A stretch of DNA of 64,000 bases from an uncultured Anaerolineales bacterium (lineage in GTDB: Bacteria > Chloroflexota > Anaerolineae > Anaerolineales > UBA11858). The notes below the pieces were generated by a model. It saw nothing but the letters and a program-made list of their open reading frames with translations. It searched no databases and was not told where the DNA came from. The stretch is from assembly GCA_964627755.1 (NCBI GenBank), contig CAZVIH010000064.1, positions 29,383-93,382 of the forward strand, written 5' to 3'. Positions 1-9,948 of the stretch are shown here, piece by piece (position 1 is the first letter of the stretch; every line of letters starts with the position of its first letter). Both the position numbers and the translations under genes were made by a program.

Positions 1-360
1 ACAGAAATCCAGCTCTGCAGGGCTGGTCACAACCTGGAACTGCCCCAGTGCATCTTCCTGGATCTTGTATAGCAGTTCTATCATCTGCAGGGCAGATTGG
101 TGAGCGTAATCATAATCCAGAGCTGGCGGCAGCGTTATTCTATAGCCCTCATCACTGAATACCATGCGTTCTTTGTATGATGGAACCGAAGGCGGATTCG
201 AGGTATAGACAGCAAAGAATCCTCCCATAACACAGGCCTCTAAAGCCCGTGGAAAATCCAGCTGGCCAGGATCGGAAACCAGGAAGGCTTTGGAATTAAG
301 CGGATCTGGCATTTCGGCGATCTTATTAAGAATGTCGTTGTGTCCGTCAAAGATTTTCAT
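1..360 (-). CDS. Membrane dipeptidase (peptidase M19) family protein; 5' part only, runs off the window
   Basis: Manual translation from ATG at 360 gives MKIFDGHNDILNK...GQLDFPRALEACVMGGFFAVY. The DGHND metal motif and GGFFAVY are typical of M19. Not in the ORF track because there is no stop in the window. Confidence 0.8.
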   Translation of the reverse strand, partial: MKIFDGHNDILNKIAEMPDPLNSKAFLVSDPGQLDFPRALEACVMGGFFAVYTSNPPSVPSYKERMVFSDEGYRITLPPALDYDYAHQSALQMIELLYKIQEDALGQFQVVTSPAELDFC

Positions 361-395
361 ATTATAAAGAAGGAAACCGTTTCCATGATTGATTC

Positions 396-1085
396 TTAGA
401 ATGCATCAGTTTCATCATCCGCCCGGTCAAACTCAATCAGCTTGCCCGAGGTGGTGAAAACCGTTCTTTCACAGATATTGGTTACCCGGTCAGCGGCCCG
501 CTCCAGGTTATGGGCGACCCAGAGATGGAAAGTTGCCCGGTCGATGTTATCCCTGTCATGGATCATCAATTCCAGGAGTTCCTGGTAATCGAGGTTATAT
601 AAAACATCAATTTGGTCATCTTCCTTGGGGATTGCCATACCCGCTTCTTCGTCGAGGTTGACAAAAGCGTCAATCCCGCGATGAAGCATATCCGCTGTCA
701 TCTCGGCCATTTTAGGTATATTAACCAGCTGACGCAGTGGAGGATCTTCACCCAACCGCATGGCAATCCGGGCAATGCCCTTGGCATAATCGCCGATACG
801 TTCCAATTCACCAGCAATGTCTATTATCGAAGAAAGCCTTCTTAAATCCGTCGCCATTGGCTGCTGGGTTGCAACAATGATCAAAGCCTGGCGTTCAATT
901 TCAAACCTCTTTTCATTGATGTTTTTATCCTCATCATAGATGGCTTTAGCGTTGGTGATATCACGCTCAGCCAGGGCGGAAACACTGCCAAGGATTGCCT
1001 CCTCGACGATGGTTGCCAATTCGATGATGGCATTATTTAATTCTCTGATTTTGCTATCCAGCGTTTCCCTGGTATCTCTGGTCAT
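396..1085 (-). CDS. phoU: Phosphate signalling complex protein PhoU
   Basis: QQPMATDLR, ELERIGDYA and LERAADRVTNICER motifs; last gene of the pst cluster. Start placed at MTRDTRE (1085) rather than 1139. Confidence 0.95.
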   Translation of the reverse strand: MTRDTRETLDSKIRELNNAIIELATIVEEAILGSVSALAERDITNAKAIYDEDKNINEKRFEIERQALIIVATQQPMATDLRRLSSIIDIAGELERIGDYAKGIARIAMRLGEDPPLRQLVNIPKMAEMTADMLHRGIDAFVNLDEEAGMAIPKEDDQIDVLYNLDYQELLELMIHDRDNIDRATFHLWVAHNLERAADRVTNICERTVFTTSGKLIEFDRADDETDAF

Positions 1086-1197
1086 AATAACTCTCTCTGG
1101 ACCCCTGGCAAAAAGATATCTGCCAGGATGGTTCATCATCTAGATCTAATAGAATAATTAATATTCAACAAAGTATTGAATTATCTTCCAGTATACC

Positions 1198-1953
1198 TCA
1201 TCCGAACCTGCCCTGAATGTAATCCTGTGTGCGCGTGTCCTGGGGATTGGTAAATATGAGATCTCCCCTGTTAACTTCAATCAGCTCACCCTGCAGTAGA
1301 AAGATTGCTTGGTCTGCCGTCCGGGCGGCCTGCTGGATTGAATGAGGAACCAGGATGATCGTATATTCGCTTTTCAGGTCTTGAAGAGATTCTTCCACTT
1401 TGCCGGTGGATATTGGATCTAAACCGGATGTGGGTTCATCTAGCAGAACTACCTCAGGCTCAAGGGCTAGAACTCGGGCAAGGCATAAGCGCTGCTGCTG
1501 TCCACCTGACAGGGCAATGGCAGGGTCAGCCAACCGGTCCTTGACCTCATCCCATAAGGCTGCTTTCTTTAAACTGCTCTCAACTACATCCAGTAAATAA
1601 TCCTTGTTTGTTTCGCCAGCTACCTCCAACCCATAGGTCAGGTTTTTTTGGATTGAAAAAGGTAAAACAACAGGCCTGGCAAAAACCATACCAACTTGCC
1701 TGCGAAGCTGAATAACATCAAGCGCTGGATCAAGAACTTCCCGGCCATCCAGGAGGACACTGCCTTCCTGATATTTAAGATCTGTCAGATCGTTTAATCG
1801 ATTCAGGGTCCGCAATAAACTGGACTTGCCCCCTCCCGCAGGGCCGAATATTACGGAAATCTGATTGGCCGGGATATCAAAACTGATATTTTTAAGAGGT
1901 TGAGTCCCGTCAGAATATGTAAGTGATAAATTACGAATTGAGATTTTATTCAT
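1198..1953 (-). CDS. pstB: Phosphate ABC transporter ATP-binding protein (divergent copy)
   Basis: Walker A GPAGGGKS, LSGGQQQRLC signature, LLDEPTSGLDP; follows pstA. Confidence 0.9.
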   Translation of the reverse strand: MNKISIRNLSLTYSDGTQPLKNISFDIPANQISVIFGPAGGGKSSLLRTLNRLNDLTDLKYQEGSVLLDGREVLDPALDVIQLRRQVGMVFARPVVLPFSIQKNLTYGLEVAGETNKDYLLDVVESSLKKAALWDEVKDRLADPAIALSGGQQQRLCLARVLALEPEVVLLDEPTSGLDPISTGKVEESLQDLKSEYTIILVPHSIQQAARTADQAIFLLQGELIEVNRGDLIFTNPQDTRTQDYIQGRFG

Positions 1954-1963
1954 TGATTTTCCA

Positions 1964-2824
1964 CTACCACTGCCGCCGGGCTCGGGCTCTGGACCGAATA
2001 GCTGTGGCGATCAAAATCATACTGAGGACAAATACAAGCAGGACCAGGGCAGTTCCATATTGGATTTTGATTGGCATACCTGGCACCTGGGTTGAGATCA
2101 CATACAGATGGTAGGGCAGAGCCATCGTGGCATCCAGGGGTGAATTGGGCAGTCTTGGGAGGAAAAAGGCTGCGACGGTAAATAGGATTGGAGCAGTTTC
2201 ACCTGCAGCCCTTTCCAATCCGAGAATAACTCCTGTGAGAATTCCGGGCAGAGCCTGGGGGAGGACAATTTTTCTAATGGTCTGCCATTTTGTTGCACCG
2301 AGGGACATACTTACAGTCCTGAAGGCCTGCGGTACAGCTCGTAAAGCCTCCTCGGTAGTGCTGATGATCACAGGCAGGGTCATGATGGATAACGTCAGGG
2401 ATCCTGCTAAAATGCTGGTCCCAAAACCCAAAAAAAGGACAAATAAACCCAATCCAAACAGGCCATAAACAACCGATGGGATGCCGGCAAGGTTGATAAT
2501 GGCAATTCGGATCAGCTGTGTTGCCCTGTTATTTGGAGCATATTCTGAAAGGTAGATTGCAGAGCCAATACCGAGAGGGACCGCAAAGATCGCTGTACCG
2601 AGAGTGAGGTAAAAGGTGCCAATGATGGCGGGAAGGATCCCTCCCTCTCGCATACCTTCCCGGGGGAACCCGGTTAAAAATTCTAGATTGATGGCTGGAA
2701 AACCGAGGTAAATTATGTAAATAACGACCCCGATAATCGGGACCACTGTCAGAAAAGTCATCAGTGTGAGAAGACTGAAACCCAGTCGTTGTTTGAACTG
2801 CCGGGCTGAAAGTTTCATAGTCAT
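1964..2824 (-). CDS. pstA: Phosphate ABC transporter permease PstA
   Basis: LAGIPSVVYGLFG, EEALRAVP, RAAGETAP; hydrophobic; overlaps pstC. Confidence 0.95.
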   Translation of the reverse strand: MTMKLSARQFKQRLGFSLLTLMTFLTVVPIIGVVIYIIYLGFPAINLEFLTGFPREGMREGGILPAIIGTFYLTLGTAIFAVPLGIGSAIYLSEYAPNNRATQLIRIAIINLAGIPSVVYGLFGLGLFVLFLGFGTSILAGSLTLSIMTLPVIISTTEEALRAVPQAFRTVSMSLGATKWQTIRKIVLPQALPGILTGVILGLERAAGETAPILFTVAAFFLPRLPNSPLDATMALPYHLYVISTQVPGMPIKIQYGTALVLLVFVLSMILIATAIRSRARARRQW

Positions 2825-3741
2825 GACAGAATGCGTTCCTGGCTTTTTTTCTGGCGAAACACGACAGCGGAGGCTGTGACATTTACTACCAGGGAGATCA
2901 GGAACAGGATAATTCCGATTAAGAACAGAACATGATAATGAGTGCTGTTGTTGGCTACCTCACCCATCTCCGCCGCAATGGTTGCTGTCATTGTCCTGAC
3001 GGGGGAGAACAGATCTCGGATGCCCGTGGGCAGGATAGGGGCATTCCCTGTCACCATCATAACAGCCATCGTTTCGCCGATAGCACGGCCGATACCAAGC
3101 ATGGCGGCCGTCAACACCCCTGAGCGGGCCGCGGGTAGAGTGACCCGCCAAATGGTCTGCCATTCTGTTGCGCCCATTGCCAGGGAGGCATCCCGGTAGC
3201 TTTTGGGCACTGCATCCAGGGCGTCCTCGGATATCGAAACTACCGTTGGGATGGCAATGCCACCCAGCAGGATGGCACCGGCAAGTGCAGATAGACCTGT
3301 GGGCAAATCCAGCCAGATCCGTAAATAGGGGGATAAAACCAACATTCCCAGGAAACCAAGCACGACAGAAGGTAGACCTCCCAGGATTTCCACAATAGGT
3401 TTCAGAGTTTCCCGAAGCCAGCGGGGGGCGATCTCTGATAGATAGATCGCAGTTCCAACTCCAAATGGCAGCGCAATCAAAGTAGCGCCGATAGTGATGA
3501 TCAATGATCCGCCGATCAGCGGTAATACTCCGTAATAATCTTCGATTGGATACCAGCGAGATGAAAGGAGATTGGATAGTTTAACCTCTCGCAGCGCAGG
3601 CAGGCTCTCCAAGACCAAAAAGAGAAAGATCATTCCCACAAATATTATGGCTGAATACCCCGCTGCTTTGATAAGAGCGGTGATCAAAAATTCACGTTTT
3701 GGCGGTTTGGGATCGATCCCAGCGTTATATTTGGACATCAT
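2821..3741 (-). CDS. pstC: Phosphate ABC transporter permease PstC
   Basis: LPSVVLGF, GRAIGETMAVMMVTGN, TMTATIAAEMGE. Confidence 0.95.
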   Translation of the reverse strand: MMSKYNAGIDPKPPKREFLITALIKAAGYSAIIFVGMIFLFLVLESLPALREVKLSNLLSSRWYPIEDYYGVLPLIGGSLIITIGATLIALPFGVGTAIYLSEIAPRWLRETLKPIVEILGGLPSVVLGFLGMLVLSPYLRIWLDLPTGLSALAGAILLGGIAIPTVVSISEDALDAVPKSYRDASLAMGATEWQTIWRVTLPAARSGVLTAAMLGIGRAIGETMAVMMVTGNAPILPTGIRDLFSPVRTMTATIAAEMGEVANNSTHYHVLFLIGIILFLISLVVNVTASAVVFRQKKSQERILS

Positions 3742-3742
3742 C

Positions 3743-4624
3743 TTATTTTATTATTGGCACAAATCCAAGTTCGGTGACGATTTCCTGCGCGTCAGATGAA
3801 CGAATCCAATCAAGATATTCTTTAATAAATCCATCCGGTTCGCCATTGGTGTACATATAAAGATCCCGGGCGATGGGATAACGGCCGCTGTTGACAGTTT
3901 TAGCGGAGGGGAAGATGAAAAGATCTTCATCTGAGGAAGCTACTCCAATAACCTTCATCTCATCAGTTACGTAACCGAGGCCATCATATCCAATTGCGTT
4001 AGGATTTTGCTTGATCTCAGCTCCAATCCCTTCAGAAGAAGGCAGCAGCAGGGTATTCTGAGAGAAGAGGGTCTTGTTATCACTATCTCCCAACCGGATC
4101 ACTTCTTCTAAAAAATAGACATGGGTTCCGGAATTTGTTTCCCGCGAGAGACGTACAATAGGCCGATCTTCACCTCCAACCTCCTGCCAATTGTCAATTG
4201 CTCCGCTGTAAATATCTGAAATTTGCTGAAGAGTAAGGTGATCAACCGGATTTTCCAGGTTGACAATGACTGCAATAGCATCGCGGGCGATCACAAATTC
4301 AACTGGATCTGATCCATTTTCAATGGCAGTCTGTCTCTCCTCTTCCTTCATTTTTCTAGAGGCATTGGCAATGTCAACTGTGCCGTTGATCAGGGCGGCT
4401 ATGCCGGTTCCGGATCCTCCTCCGGTTACTGAAAGGCGAACAGAGGGATCGATCACCTGGTATTCTTCAGCCCAGGCGAGTGCAAGGTTGACAATTGTGT
4501 CAGAGCCTTTATTCTCAATGGTTTTGATTTGTTCAGAAGGGTTCTCTGACGATGATCCTCGGCCGGTGCAACCAGCAAGAATAAACACGAAAACAAGGAT
4601 CAAGAGAGGTCTATCATATTTCAC
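3743..4624 (-). CDS. pstS: Phosphate-binding lipoprotein PstS
   Basis: Lipobox LAGC; GSDT, GGGSGTGIAAL, SRETNSGT and YPIARDLY motifs. Confidence 0.95.
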   Translation of the reverse strand: MKYDRPLLILVFVFILAGCTGRGSSSENPSEQIKTIENKGSDTIVNLALAWAEEYQVIDPSVRLSVTGGGSGTGIAALINGTVDIANASRKMKEEERQTAIENGSDPVEFVIARDAIAVIVNLENPVDHLTLQQISDIYSGAIDNWQEVGGEDRPIVRLSRETNSGTHVYFLEEVIRLGDSDNKTLFSQNTLLLPSSEGIGAEIKQNPNAIGYDGLGYVTDEMKVIGVASSDEDLFIFPSAKTVNSGRYPIARDLYMYTNGEPDGFIKEYLDWIRSSDAQEIVTELGFVPIIK

Positions 4625-4784
4625 ATAGAGATTATATGGTGAAAAAGAGTCCCTTACAAGTTAATCCCATTTCATCAACAAATTTTAATCTCGGTAAAAT
4701 CATGAATACTCAGATTGGATCGGACTAACAGGTATTTTTCAACAAGTAAAAGAAGAGCGCAATAAATAGTTTATAATTTTCCCT

Positions 4785-5552
4785 ATGGTTGATGAACATA
4801 ATACATTTGAAATCAGGGATCTGAACTTTTACTACGGTTCTTCTCTTGCTCTGAGTCAGATTAACATAGATATCCTGGCCAGGAGCGTGACGGCATTGAT
4901 CGGACCTTCTGGTTGTGGTAAATCAACTTTTTTGCGCTGTTTGAACCGGATGAATGACACCATAGCTGGTACCAGGCTGGAGGGCCAGGTTCTGCTGGAC
5001 GGGATAGATATTTATGGAGAGGATCTGGATCTGGCTGAATTGCGCCAGAGAGTTGGGATGGTATTCCAGAAACCCAACCCGTTTCCAAAATCAGTCTTTG
5101 ATAATGTGGCTTATGGACCCCGTGTGCTCGGCTTAATTAAGCATAAAAGTGATCTTGCCGATGTTGTTGAGAAGAGTCTAAAAAGAGCAGCTCTGTGGGA
5201 AGATGTTAAGGACAGCTTGAATGGGGATGCCTTCAGTTTATCCCTGGGACAGCAGCAGAGATTGTGTATTGCCAGGGTGCTGGCGGTAGAAGCTGAAGTG
5301 ATCTTGATGGATGAGCCTTGTTCAGCTCTCGACCCTATTGATACCGCCAGAATCGAGGGACTGATTCGAGAGTTGAGAGAACGTTACACCATTGTAATTG
5401 TCACCCACAATATGCAGCAGGCAGCCCGTGTGTCTGATCGGACAGGATTATTCTGGTTAGGAGAGTTAATAGAGTTTAATCCTACAGATAAATTATTTAC
5501 AAATCCGGATCACGATCTAACAGAATCCTATATTACTGGCAGGCTGGGTTAA
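4785..5552 (+). CDS. pstB: Phosphate ABC transporter ATP-binding protein (second copy, divergently transcribed)
   Basis: [49 protein letters not shown]. Confidence 0.93.
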   Translation: MVDEHNTFEIRDLNFYYGSSLALSQINIDILARSVTALIGPSGCGKSTFLRCLNRMNDTIAGTRLEGQVLLDGIDIYGEDLDLAELRQRVGMVFQKPNPFPKSVFDNVAYGPRVLGLIKHKSDLADVVEKSLKRAALWEDVKDSLNGDAFSLSLGQQQRLCIARVLAVEAEVILMDEPCSALDPIDTARIEGLIRELRERYTIVIVTHNMQQAARVSDRTGLFWLGELIEFNPTDKLFTNPDHDLTESYITGRLG

Positions 5553-5603
5553 TCCAGTATCCTTCTTCTTTATTAGGTACGATCCAATCTTACGTATAGG
5601 TAT

Positions 5604-5637
5604 AATAAAGCCTTTCCTCAATGCGAAAGGCTTTATT
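5604..5637. terminator. Bidirectional intrinsic terminator
   Basis: AATAAAGCCTTTC-loop-GAAAGGCTTTATT inverted repeat between convergent genes. Confidence 0.7.
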
Positions 5638-5658
5638 TAGTATTATGTGATGTTTTTA

Positions 5659-6534
5659 TTATTTCACTGAAAAACTGGTAATGGCACTTTCAAAGACAGG
5701 GAGGTTCTGTTCAATCAGATCCGTTGGGGTTGTAAAGACCACGTTCCAGGCGTTCTGATCACCAAGAATGACATAAATGATCTGTTTTCCTGAGCCAAGT
5801 TCCTCGTCCTCCACATCCAGGATGACCCGTTCCATAGGGTAGGGTGCATCCTGATAGATCTGCCTGGTAACAGGTTCAAATTCAGTGTCGGAATTTGACA
5901 AGGCCTGGTTCAGTAGGTCTTCCGTTGTTGTTGTAGGTGTGATATCTACCGAGACCAGGATGATGGCTGACTGGCTAACTTTTTCTACAGCGATCAGAAA
6001 GTCTGTCTCTGGTATTTCTCCCAGATCAGGTGTATCCAGATCTGCTTGTGGCGTTGGGCCCATTTCTTCCCCTAAATCAAGCGCCAGTTCTGTAAAACCT
6101 TCTACAAATGCTTCCATCACCCCAAACATCAAATCGATGAACACGCCGGCAAAATCCAGGACCTCATAAGAAGGGGGGATGAACATGGTGGCAGTTTTAC
6201 CTTCCAATCTAATCCAGCCAATCCTGTCTTCAGGATCGGCAGGGTAATCTGCCGAAACTGGAGTCATTGCCAGACCGATCTGATAATTGTCGAGATCCTG
6301 AGTGGGTAGGGGAGTAGGGCTGGGTGGAATGGTCGGGGAAGGAGTGGAGGTTGGGATAGGTGTCCAGGTTGGCGGGAGCTCTGATAATGCGGTAGCCCTG
6401 GATGGAAAAACAGTGGCCGATAATTGCGGCTGAGGAGCAGGAGGTAAGATCAATCCGCAGCTGGAAGAAATTAATACTACCAAGGAAGTGATCACAGGAA
6501 TCGAAAATTTATATTTAGATCTGCACATATCCAT
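5659..6534 (-). CDS. Hypothetical lipoprotein with Pro/Thr-rich linker
   Basis: Hydrophobic N-terminus ending in SSSC; PTWTPIPTSTPSPT low-complexity linker; acidic C-terminal domain. Confidence 0.65.
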   Translation of the reverse strand: MDMCRSKYKFSIPVITSLVVLISSSCGLILPPAPQPQLSATVFPSRATALSELPPTWTPIPTSTPSPTIPPSPTPLPTQDLDNYQIGLAMTPVSADYPADPEDRIGWIRLEGKTATMFIPPSYEVLDFAGVFIDLMFGVMEAFVEGFTELALDLGEEMGPTPQADLDTPDLGEIPETDFLIAVEKVSQSAIILVSVDITPTTTTEDLLNQALSNSDTEFEPVTRQIYQDAPYPMERVILDVEDEELGSGKQIIYVILGDQNAWNVVFTTPTDLIEQNLPVFESAITSFSVK

Positions 6535-6554
6535 CTTGTTTGAGTGTCTCCCAA

Positions 6555-7037
6555 TCAGTCTACTGGCGCTCTGCCGCGGGATAGTTCCGGCTGGCTCATT
6601 TTGATCAAAGGAATACCGATGCCATAAGTGATGAAATCACCCTCTGGTATCACTTCTATCAGGCAGTTATCTTTCATGAACTCTGGATCTTCAGCCTTAT
6701 GCCTGAAGACTTCTTTGAGCAGTCCAGCGGGAGCTTCATCACCAGGGATGACTGCTGCGGCCCCGGAGCAAGTTATGGAAGCCTGGGGGATTTTAACCCA
6801 GGGTGCCACAGGGATCCGTTTGGCGATAGGAATGGTCAAGGATACGGATGGATTTTTGGCGATATGACGGGCTTTCCATGTCCGAATACCCGTGCCTATG
6901 TAAAACTTTCTGTCATTGACGATATAGAGAATTCCCACTGTCCGGGACTGATTTTGATCTGTGACCATGCCAAGCACTGCAAAGAGCTCTTTATTGATCG
7001 CAGCCCAAACATTCTCTGTTGTGGCTGGATTACTCAT
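6555..7037 (-). CDS. Pyridoxamine 5'-phosphate oxidase-like (FMN/F420 split-barrel) family protein
   Basis: FAVLGMV...FYIGT...WKARHIAKNPSVSL pattern; RBS GAGGAG upstream. Confidence 0.7.
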   Translation of the reverse strand: MSNPATTENVWAAINKELFAVLGMVTDQNQSRTVGILYIVNDRKFYIGTGIRTWKARHIAKNPSVSLTIPIAKRIPVAPWVKIPQASITCSGAAAVIPGDEAPAGLLKEVFRHKAEDPEFMKDNCLIEVIPEGDFITYGIGIPLIKMSQPELSRGRAPVD

Positions 7038-7146
7038 AGTTCATCTCCTCTGCTCGTAAATATGCGACAAAAAACAACTCATATAATTTCGATGAAAATG
7101 ATATCACATGAATATTGGAGAACTAGGAGTCAGGAAGAGTTTTAAC

Positions 7147-7185
7147 TACCGACAGGTGTTCTTCTTAACAGAACACCTGTCGGTA
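7147..7185 (-). terminator. Strong hairpin, probable terminator
   Basis: Perfect 16-bp stem TACCGACAGGTGTTCT/AGAACACCTGTCGGTA, 9 nt after the stop of the 7195..8175 gene. Confidence 0.7.
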
Positions 7186-7194
7186 AATTAGAAG

Positions 7195-8175
7195 TTATTT
7201 AAATGTAATGGATCCGGAGCCCTGGTCGATATTGATGTCAATGGTGTATTTAGCGGAATCGTAGTCCCCGGATTCCCAGACCCCGTCACCGCGTTTTTCC
7301 CCGCTGACCAGATCAAAACTATTTCCAGGATTGAAGGAACCGCTACCGGAATCAAGTACAACCCGTACAGCGCTATTTTCTGGCAGGTCAATTTGCACGC
7401 TGCCCGAACCACTGTCCAGCTCGAAATGGAAGGATTGGTCTTCTGGAAGTGCCAGATGAATTGATCCTGATCCGCTGTCCAGGTACAGTTCCTCAATGAT
7501 CAGTTTGGACAGATCAAAATCACAGCTGCCGGAACCTGTATCCAGGGTGAGATCGAGAGGGATTTCTGGTGTTAAACCGATTTCCCATTCCGCTCGGGAG
7601 CTGCCCTGGAAAGGAGAAATTCCCCAGTTGTTGATCAGGCGTGTGTCAAGATTGACATCAGCCACGTCACCCCGGGCATCCACGTCGAAGATCAGATCAC
7701 CCTGGTAAGTGAGATCACCAGCGATAAGTGTTTTTGAATCACTCAAGGCATAAAGCGACCCTGCGGGACTGGTCCAGTCGATAAATATATTAGCGGATTC
7801 AAAATCTTCCAGCTCATGCTCCACATGGGAGGTTTGCCAGGGGGAATCAGCAGTATAGCGGTTCAGGATTGGCAGCTGGTCGCCAAAAAAGACCGCCCCG
7901 GCCACAACTGCGATCAGGATCAGGACCAGGAAAGCGCTGAGAATCGCGCCAAAAGCTGAGCGCTGGCCAAAAAGTATGTCTATACCTACGGCAACCAGGA
8001 TCAAAGGCCAGAAGCGCCATAACAGGTTCCAGGAGCTCCAGGACACGATTCCCAGGTTGGACAAGAGCAGCAGTACGCCGAGAGAAATTAACATAATGGG
8101 CCAGAAGAAAGAACGGTGGTGTTTTCTTCTGGGGTTTTCGGGAAGAGCGGTGGGAAGATTATTATTTTCAGACAT
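7195..8175 (-). CDS. LiaF/LiaI-like (DUF5668) membrane domain plus toast-rack/adhesin-like beta-repeat protein
   Basis: FWPIMLISLGVLLLLSNLG...WRFWPLILVAVGIDIL N-terminus; repeated (L)DSGSGS beta-solenoid units; AAGGAG RBS. Confidence 0.75.
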   Translation of the reverse strand: MSENNNLPTALPENPRRKHHRSFFWPIMLISLGVLLLLSNLGIVSWSSWNLLWRFWPLILVAVGIDILFGQRSAFGAILSAFLVLILIAVVAGAVFFGDQLPILNRYTADSPWQTSHVEHELEDFESANIFIDWTSPAGSLYALSDSKTLIAGDLTYQGDLIFDVDARGDVADVNLDTRLINNWGISPFQGSSRAEWEIGLTPEIPLDLTLDTGSGSCDFDLSKLIIEELYLDSGSGSIHLALPEDQSFHFELDSGSGSVQIDLPENSAVRVVLDSGSGSFNPGNSFDLVSGEKRGDGVWESGDYDSAKYTIDINIDQGSGSITFK

Positions 8176-8474
8176 GAGTACTCCTTACGATATGATCCAT
8201 TTGATGATTATGCATTAGAAATATATACGGGAAAATGGTTGGGAGGTTGCAGGTCGAATCAAGTTTCCTGGGCTTGTGATAGGAATTGCCCACTCTAGTG
8301 GTTCTTCAAGGGCATAGTAATGGCATAATATTATTCCTGTTTCTTAGATCAAATTACGAACGATTAAGCCCGTATATCGAATCCAGGGAATTGAGATAAA
8401 ATCAGATGTAATAGTGATCCAAGGGAATTTCCCCCTCTGATAAATGTTATAAAAACTTGTCGAAGGAGTACGCC

Positions 8475-9926
8475 ATGGAAGAACGATCCGGTGCCCAGAT
8501 TAGTAAAAAAGCCTTTGTCCAGTCAGTGATCATTCTCCTGGTAATCATGCTGATTGCTGGAGTCTTGACCAGGGTTATTCCTGCCGGCACTTACGAACGG
8601 TTAACCGAAGCCGGCAGGGAATTGATCAAACCAGATAGCTTCCAATTTACCCCCACACCCCATTACCCAATCTGGCGCTGGTTCACTGCCCCGGTGGAAG
8701 TGCTTTGGGGTGAAGACAGCCTGCTGGTGATCGTAATTTGCCTGTTCATCCTGATGGTGGGCGGGGCCTTTGCGGTGCTCGAAAAAAGCGGCATCCTCAA
8801 AGCTGGCCTGGGCCGGATCGTGGCCAGGTTCGGAGGCAGGAAATATGTCCTGCTGCTGGTGATAGCTTTGTTTTTCATGACACTGGGGGCATTTTTTGGC
8901 ATCTTCGAAGAGGTTGTCCCCCTCGTCCCACTGGTATTATCACTTTCCTATTACCTGGGATGGGACGCCCTGGTAGGACTGGGTATGAGCATCCTGGCCA
9001 CCAACCTCGGTTTTTCGGCTGCCATCACCAATCCCTTTACAATCGGTGTGGCTCAGGAGCTGGCCGGATTGCCGCTCTTTTCCGGTGGCTGGTTTCGGAT
9101 TCCGATCTTTATCGCTATTTACATTGCTTTTATGATTTTCTTAACTCGCTATGCTAAAAAAGTGGAACGGAACCCAGAAGCCTCTCTGGTATATGATGAG
9201 ACCAGAGCTAACCAGCACAAGTTCAAACCTCTCGATCTTTCCCAGCAATCAGAGATAACTCCAGCCATGTCTACTGCCATGATCTGGTTTTTTGTTTTTG
9301 TGATCTTGATTGTAGCTACATTATTTGGTGCGCCATTTGTACCCTTCCTGTCTGATTATGCTCTGCCGCTGGTAGGTTTGTTGTTCCTGGCGGGAGGGGT
9401 GGGGGCCGGGTTGATAGCCAGTCCGGAAAAAAAGGATGTCTGGAAAGCATTGGGTGAGGGGATGAGCGGTATAGCTCCAGGCATTATCCTGATCCTGATG
9501 GCAATGAGCATCAAACATATCGTGGTTTCCGGGGGGATCATGGATACCATTCTCTTCCAGGCTTCCAAGCTCTTTCAAGGCGCCAATCCCTTTATTTCGG
9601 CGGTTTTGATCTATTTGCTGGCCCTGCTGATCGAATTTTTTGTCGCTTCTGGCTCAGCCAAAGCTTTTTTAATGATGCCTATCCTGCTGCCTCTGGCGGA
9701 TCTGGTAGGCGTCACCCGCCAGGTCACCGTCACGGCTTATTGTTTTGGTGACGGCTTTTCGAATATGATCTATCCCACCAACCCTGTGTTATTGATCGTG
9801 CTGGGTTTGACTGTGGTGGGTTATCCGAAATGGCTGCGCTGGACGCTGCCGCTCTGGGGTGTGATCGTTTTGATCACATTGGCTTTTTTGGCCCTGGGCG
9901 TAGCCATTGGATATGGACCTTTCTAA
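8475..9926 (+). CDS. YfcC family (DcuC/ArcD-like) ion-transporter superfamily membrane transporter
   Basis: About 12 TM segments; LTRVIPAGTYER, NPFTIGVAQ, SGSAKA and FGDGFSNMIYPT motifs; AAGGAG RBS before ATG 8475. Confidence 0.85.
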   Translation: MEERSGAQISKKAFVQSVIILLVIMLIAGVLTRVIPAGTYERLTEAGRELIKPDSFQFTPTPHYPIWRWFTAPVEVLWGEDSLLVIVICLFILMVGGAFAVLEKSGILKAGLGRIVARFGGRKYVLLLVIALFFMTLGAFFGIFEEVVPLVPLVLSLSYYLGWDALVGLGMSILATNLGFSAAITNPFTIGVAQELAGLPLFSGGWFRIPIFIAIYIAFMIFLTRYAKKVERNPEASLVYDETRANQHKFKPLDLSQQSEITPAMSTAMIWFFVFVILIVATLFGAPFVPFLSDYALPLVGLLFLAGGVGAGLIASPEKKDVWKALGEGMSGIAPGIILILMAMSIKHIVVSGGIMDTILFQASKLFQGANPFISAVLIYLLALLIEFFVASGSAKAFLMMPILLPLADLVGVTRQVTVTAYCFGDGFSNMIYPTNPVLLIVLGLTVVGYPKWLRWTLPLWGVIVLITLAFLALGVAIGYGPF

Positions 9927-9948
9927 GGTAAAACATACAGGACATTCA

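Noticed and set aside
7092-7109. Weak Rex/CRP-like site ATGTGATATCATTTTCAT (minus strand)
   Set aside because: Too many mismatches in an AT-rich context.
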